Below are positions 62,019 to 64,000 of a stretch of 64,000 nt of DNA, in pieces (the first letter of the stretch is position 1; each line of letters starts with the position of its first letter). The notes below the pieces were generated by a model. The model had not been told where the DNA came from. It saw nothing but the letters and a program-made list of their open reading frames with translations, and did not search any database. Source of the stretch: a virus; the IMG/VR virus record IMGVR_UViG_3300030103_003222, positions 18,762 to 82,761 of that record. One strand, given 5' to 3'. Made by a program: the position numbers and the translations under genes.

Positions 62019-62129
62019 TCATGCCTCCGTAAATTCCCAGTAGATGTATTCCTCAGTCTCGATGACCACCTTCAGGTTCGGGTGGTTGCACGAGCACCAC
62101 GCTTCTTCGCAGTCTTTGCCGTGCGTCAT
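62019..62129 (-). CDS. Micro-ORF (36 aa, MTHGKDCEEAWCSCNHP...EFTEA)
   Basis: GAGGTGA RBS, ATGA overlap with the upstream gene, in-frame stop. Confidence 0.6.
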   Translation of the reverse strand: MTHGKDCEEAWCSCNHPNLKVVIETEEYIYWEFTEA

Positions 62130-62752
62130 TCACTCACCTCACGATAAAGGACGCCGCGATTTTTCACCGAGTAATGTGATGCGTGTTTCCCCGATTGAGA
62201 ACAAGTGTCACAGGGACAGTGCATCCAGCAGAAGATTTTCTCTTCCAGTTCGCAGTCATCACGAATGTTCTTCCCCTTCTTCCCGCAAGGCTCACCTTGA
62301 TTGTTCACTCCGTGACAGGCGGATGACTTCGCATCTTGCTCTGAAGGGACATCTGATTCTCGCTTCGAGGGTGTGTCTTTCTCAACGGGGTAGCGCAACC
62401 ACGACCTTCCGCCAATGTTTGTGGGCTTAAGCCCCAATTGCTTCAAGTGGAGATAGAATGTCGGTTTTGATTTGATGTGTGCTTTGCAGACAGAATCAGT
62501 AAGATAGAGCGCGTCCTTACGGTCATGGCCGTGGTCGATAGGCTCGCACTTGTCGAAAGCATCGAGCATCTCCGTCAGCACTTGGTTTCTCCTCTCCTCC
62601 TTCCAGTTTGCTTTCCGGGTGTGTAGCATAGGCCTCAGCCTCAGCCATGCGTCTGCGTCGGAGGGGTCCAACTGCATCAGTTGCTCAGGGGTGAAACCCT
62701 CGGTAATCATCCACAATGCCTTTTCCCAGTCAGTCTTGTCGCCGTGCGTCAT
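62126..62752 (-). CDS. Hypothetical protein (208 aa) with a C-terminal Cys/His finger
   Basis: CHGVNNQGEPC...FCWMHCPCDTC; ends EVSE. Confidence 0.75.
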   Translation of the reverse strand: MTHGDKTDWEKALWMITEGFTPEQLMQLDPSDADAWLRLRPMLHTRKANWKEERRNQVLTEMLDAFDKCEPIDHGHDRKDALYLTDSVCKAHIKSKPTFYLHLKQLGLKPTNIGGRSWLRYPVEKDTPSKRESDVPSEQDAKSSACHGVNNQGEPCGKKGKNIRDDCELEEKIFCWMHCPCDTCSQSGKHASHYSVKNRGVLYREVSE

Positions 62753-62952
62753 GCGCTCGCCTCCTCTTCAAGTTCCTGAACACGAGCCATCGTCGTGAGA
62801 ATGTGGTCCTGTGCGCTTTCCCATAGAACGTCAGCAAGCGGGGGGTTCGTGTCGGTGGCCCGAGCGTGGCGTTCGCCCATGCGGAACAGTTTTCTGAGGT
62901 CAGCCTCAATGAGTTCATACAGGCTCTCAATCTTCGTGGGTATTCGGGTCAT
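62749..62952 (-). CDS. Small helical protein (67 aa)
   Basis: Starts in the junction repeat at 62949-62964; ends EASA. Confidence 0.7.
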   Translation of the reverse strand: MTRIPTKIESLYELIEADLRKLFRMGERHARATDTNPPLADVLWESAQDHILTTMARVQELEEEASA

Positions 62953-63155
62953 GCGCTCACCTCCACATACCAATTCGCGGTGACGTGGAACTCGCCCGTG
63001 TAGTTCGCGCAGAACCAATTGTGATTCTTCGCGACCTCGCGCACTTGGCGCATGTTGTCGAAGTTGCCGTTTTTGCTGCCGCGCAGAACGTAGCCGTCCA
63101 CGTCAATGCGGCAATTGCAGCCGCAGCAACGGACGTGGTAAATCTTCTCGCTCAT
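62949..63155 (-). CDS. Small Cys-containing protein (68 aa)
   Basis: Bounded by junction repeats; ends EVSA. Confidence 0.7.
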   Translation of the reverse strand: MSEKIYHVRCCGCNCRIDVDGYVLRGSKNGNFDNMRQVREVAKNHNWFCANYTGEFHVTANWYVEVSA

Positions 63156-63325
63156 GCACTCACCTCCACGCCTTCTTCTGTTTCAGTGGGAGTCCCGCAG
63201 TAGTTGCACCACAGGTTGTTGTAGTTGTCCTCGTCTTCGTCAACGAAGCAATACCCCACCTGCTCACAATGAGAACACTGGTAGTCACCTCCCGATTTGA
63301 AGAAGTCAATGATGCTGATGCTCAT
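63152..63325 (-). CDS. Micro Zn-ribbon protein (57 aa; CSHC...CNYC), not in the ORF track
   Basis: Translated by hand as MSISIIDFFK...EGVEVSA. Bounded by junction repeats. Confidence 0.7.
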   Translation of the reverse strand: MSISIIDFFKSGGDYQCSHCEQVGYCFVDEDEDNYNNLWCNYCGTPTETEEGVEVSA

Positions 63326-63546
63326 GCGCTCTCCTCCACACTTTCAATCTTCAATAGAACTGCACTCTCATGCAACCCTTCCGAATAATCGTCGTTCTCC
63401 ATTGTGTGCTTCTCGTTATCGCAGATGTTGCAGAAGTAGTAGGCGTATTCATCGTATTTGTTGGTCATCATGCGGAACCATGACGGGGCGTCACACTCTT
63501 CACACCAATGCCAAAAGCGAACCTCTTCATCTATCCATGCACCCAT
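63322..63546 (-). CDS. Small Zn-ribbon protein (74 aa; CEEC...CNIC)
   Basis: TAATG coupling to the upstream gene; ends EESA. Confidence 0.7.
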   Translation of the reverse strand: MGAWIDEEVRFWHWCEECDAPSWFRMMTNKYDEYAYYFCNICDNEKHTMENDDYSEGLHESAVLLKIESVEESA

Positions 63547-63707
63547 TATGCCGTCACCTCTACGCTTCTGTTAGGGTGATTGTTAATCTCTTCCAAGTGT
63601 TCTTCAAGCATCGCGTAGGTATCTGCAAGTTCATGAAGTATTCTTTCCATCTCTTTCAGGGCCGCTTCGTAGCCTTCTGCTAATCCATCCATGTATGTTT
63701 TTCTCAT
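63546..63707 (-). CDS. Micro coiled-coil protein (53 aa)
   Basis: Starts in the repeat at 63704-63719; ends EVTA. Confidence 0.7.
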   Translation of the reverse strand: MRKTYMDGLAEGYEAALKEMERILHELADTYAMLEEHLEEINNHPNRSVEVTA

Positions 63708-63808
63708 GCGCTCACCTCCATGCCGATGTTGACGAGGAACGCAAGGCTCCCCGTGCAATAGAAACAGACGCGGGTGAAGAACAGGATGCTCTTTCGTCGC
63801 TCGCTCAT
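63704..63808 (-). CDS. Micro-ORF (34 aa, MSERRKSILFF...MEVSA)
   Basis: In frame from repeat to repeat with no internal stop. Confidence 0.55.
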   Translation of the reverse strand: MSERRKSILFFTRVCFYCTGSLAFLVNIGMEVSA

Positions 63809-63957
63809 GCGCTCACCTCGTAGCCTGAATCACGCACACAATCATGGTCGCAGAAAATGTCGGGGCCTCGGTTGCCCCTGTGGGCATAGACGTGAAAAGC
63901 ACCAACAGGGATTTTCTGTCCGCAGCAATAGCAGGGGGCGATGTATTCGACGCTCAT
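63805..63957 (-). CDS. Micro treble-clef/TRASH-like zinc finger (50 aa; CYCC...FCDHDC)
   Basis: In frame from repeat to repeat; ends EVSA. Confidence 0.65.
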   Translation of the reverse strand: MSVEYIAPCYCCGQKIPVGAFHVYAHRGNRGPDIFCDHDCVRDSGYEVSA

Positions 63958-64000
63958 GCGCTCACCTCCACGCCTCGCCACCAGTCAGGAGCAGGCGTGC

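Larger units (their letters stand above)
62126..63969 (-). repeat. Dispersed 16-bp gene-junction repeat GGAGGTGAGCGCATGA
   Basis: Exact copies at 62949, 63704 and 63954. One-mismatch copies at 62749, 63152, 63322 and 63805. Looser variants at 62126 and 63546. Confidence 0.92.

Noticed and set aside
62749-63969. Junction repeat as a CRISPR array or integron attC sites
   Set aside because: The repeat is only 16 bp and non-palindromic, the spacing is irregular (about 100-380 bp), and the intervening sequences are open reading frames. No integrase is seen.

Overview
The whole window reads as part of a tailed dsDNA archaeal virus genome (Caudoviricetes, non-contractile/siphovirus-type tail). Its gene set matches what is known of magroviruses (viruses of Marine Group II / Poseidoniales archaea): group II chaperonin, family-B polymerase, PCNA-like clamp, RFC small subunit, MCM-like ATPase, fused PriS-PriL primase, XPF/ERCC4 nuclease and GGAGGTGA Shine-Dalgarno sites. 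That assignment is inferred from motifs, not from a database search. There are two convergent arms. The + strand (1-45418) is morphogenesis: LAGLIDADG protein, portal, several head-region proteins including a 1933-aa protein with a ligase-fold domain, prohead protease/scaffold, major capsid protein, adaptor, tail tube, chaperones, tape measure, a 5613-aa tail protein and a tail fibre, with a GNAT-like gene and an HMG-CoA lyase inserted in the tail block. The - strand (45446-64000) is replication/early genes, ending in an array of tiny, often Cys-rich ORFs joined by a repeated 16-bp GGAGGTGAGCGCATGA junction. The most interesting signals are: (1) a recurrent hydrophobic-x-K|(A/S/G) motif across head-region proteins, suggesting protease-processed capsid cargo and bracketing a catalytically degenerate DNA ligase domain; (2) the cassette-like micro-gene array; (3) a ~130-nt multi-stem intergenic RNA upstream of the clamp/polymerase genes; (4) a viral HMG-CoA lyase; (5) a second degenerate ligase; (6) an internal scaffold start plus a mini-scaffold paralog sharing an MSWDxxH C-terminal motif. 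No CRISPR array, rRNA, tRNA, terminase or integrase was seen.
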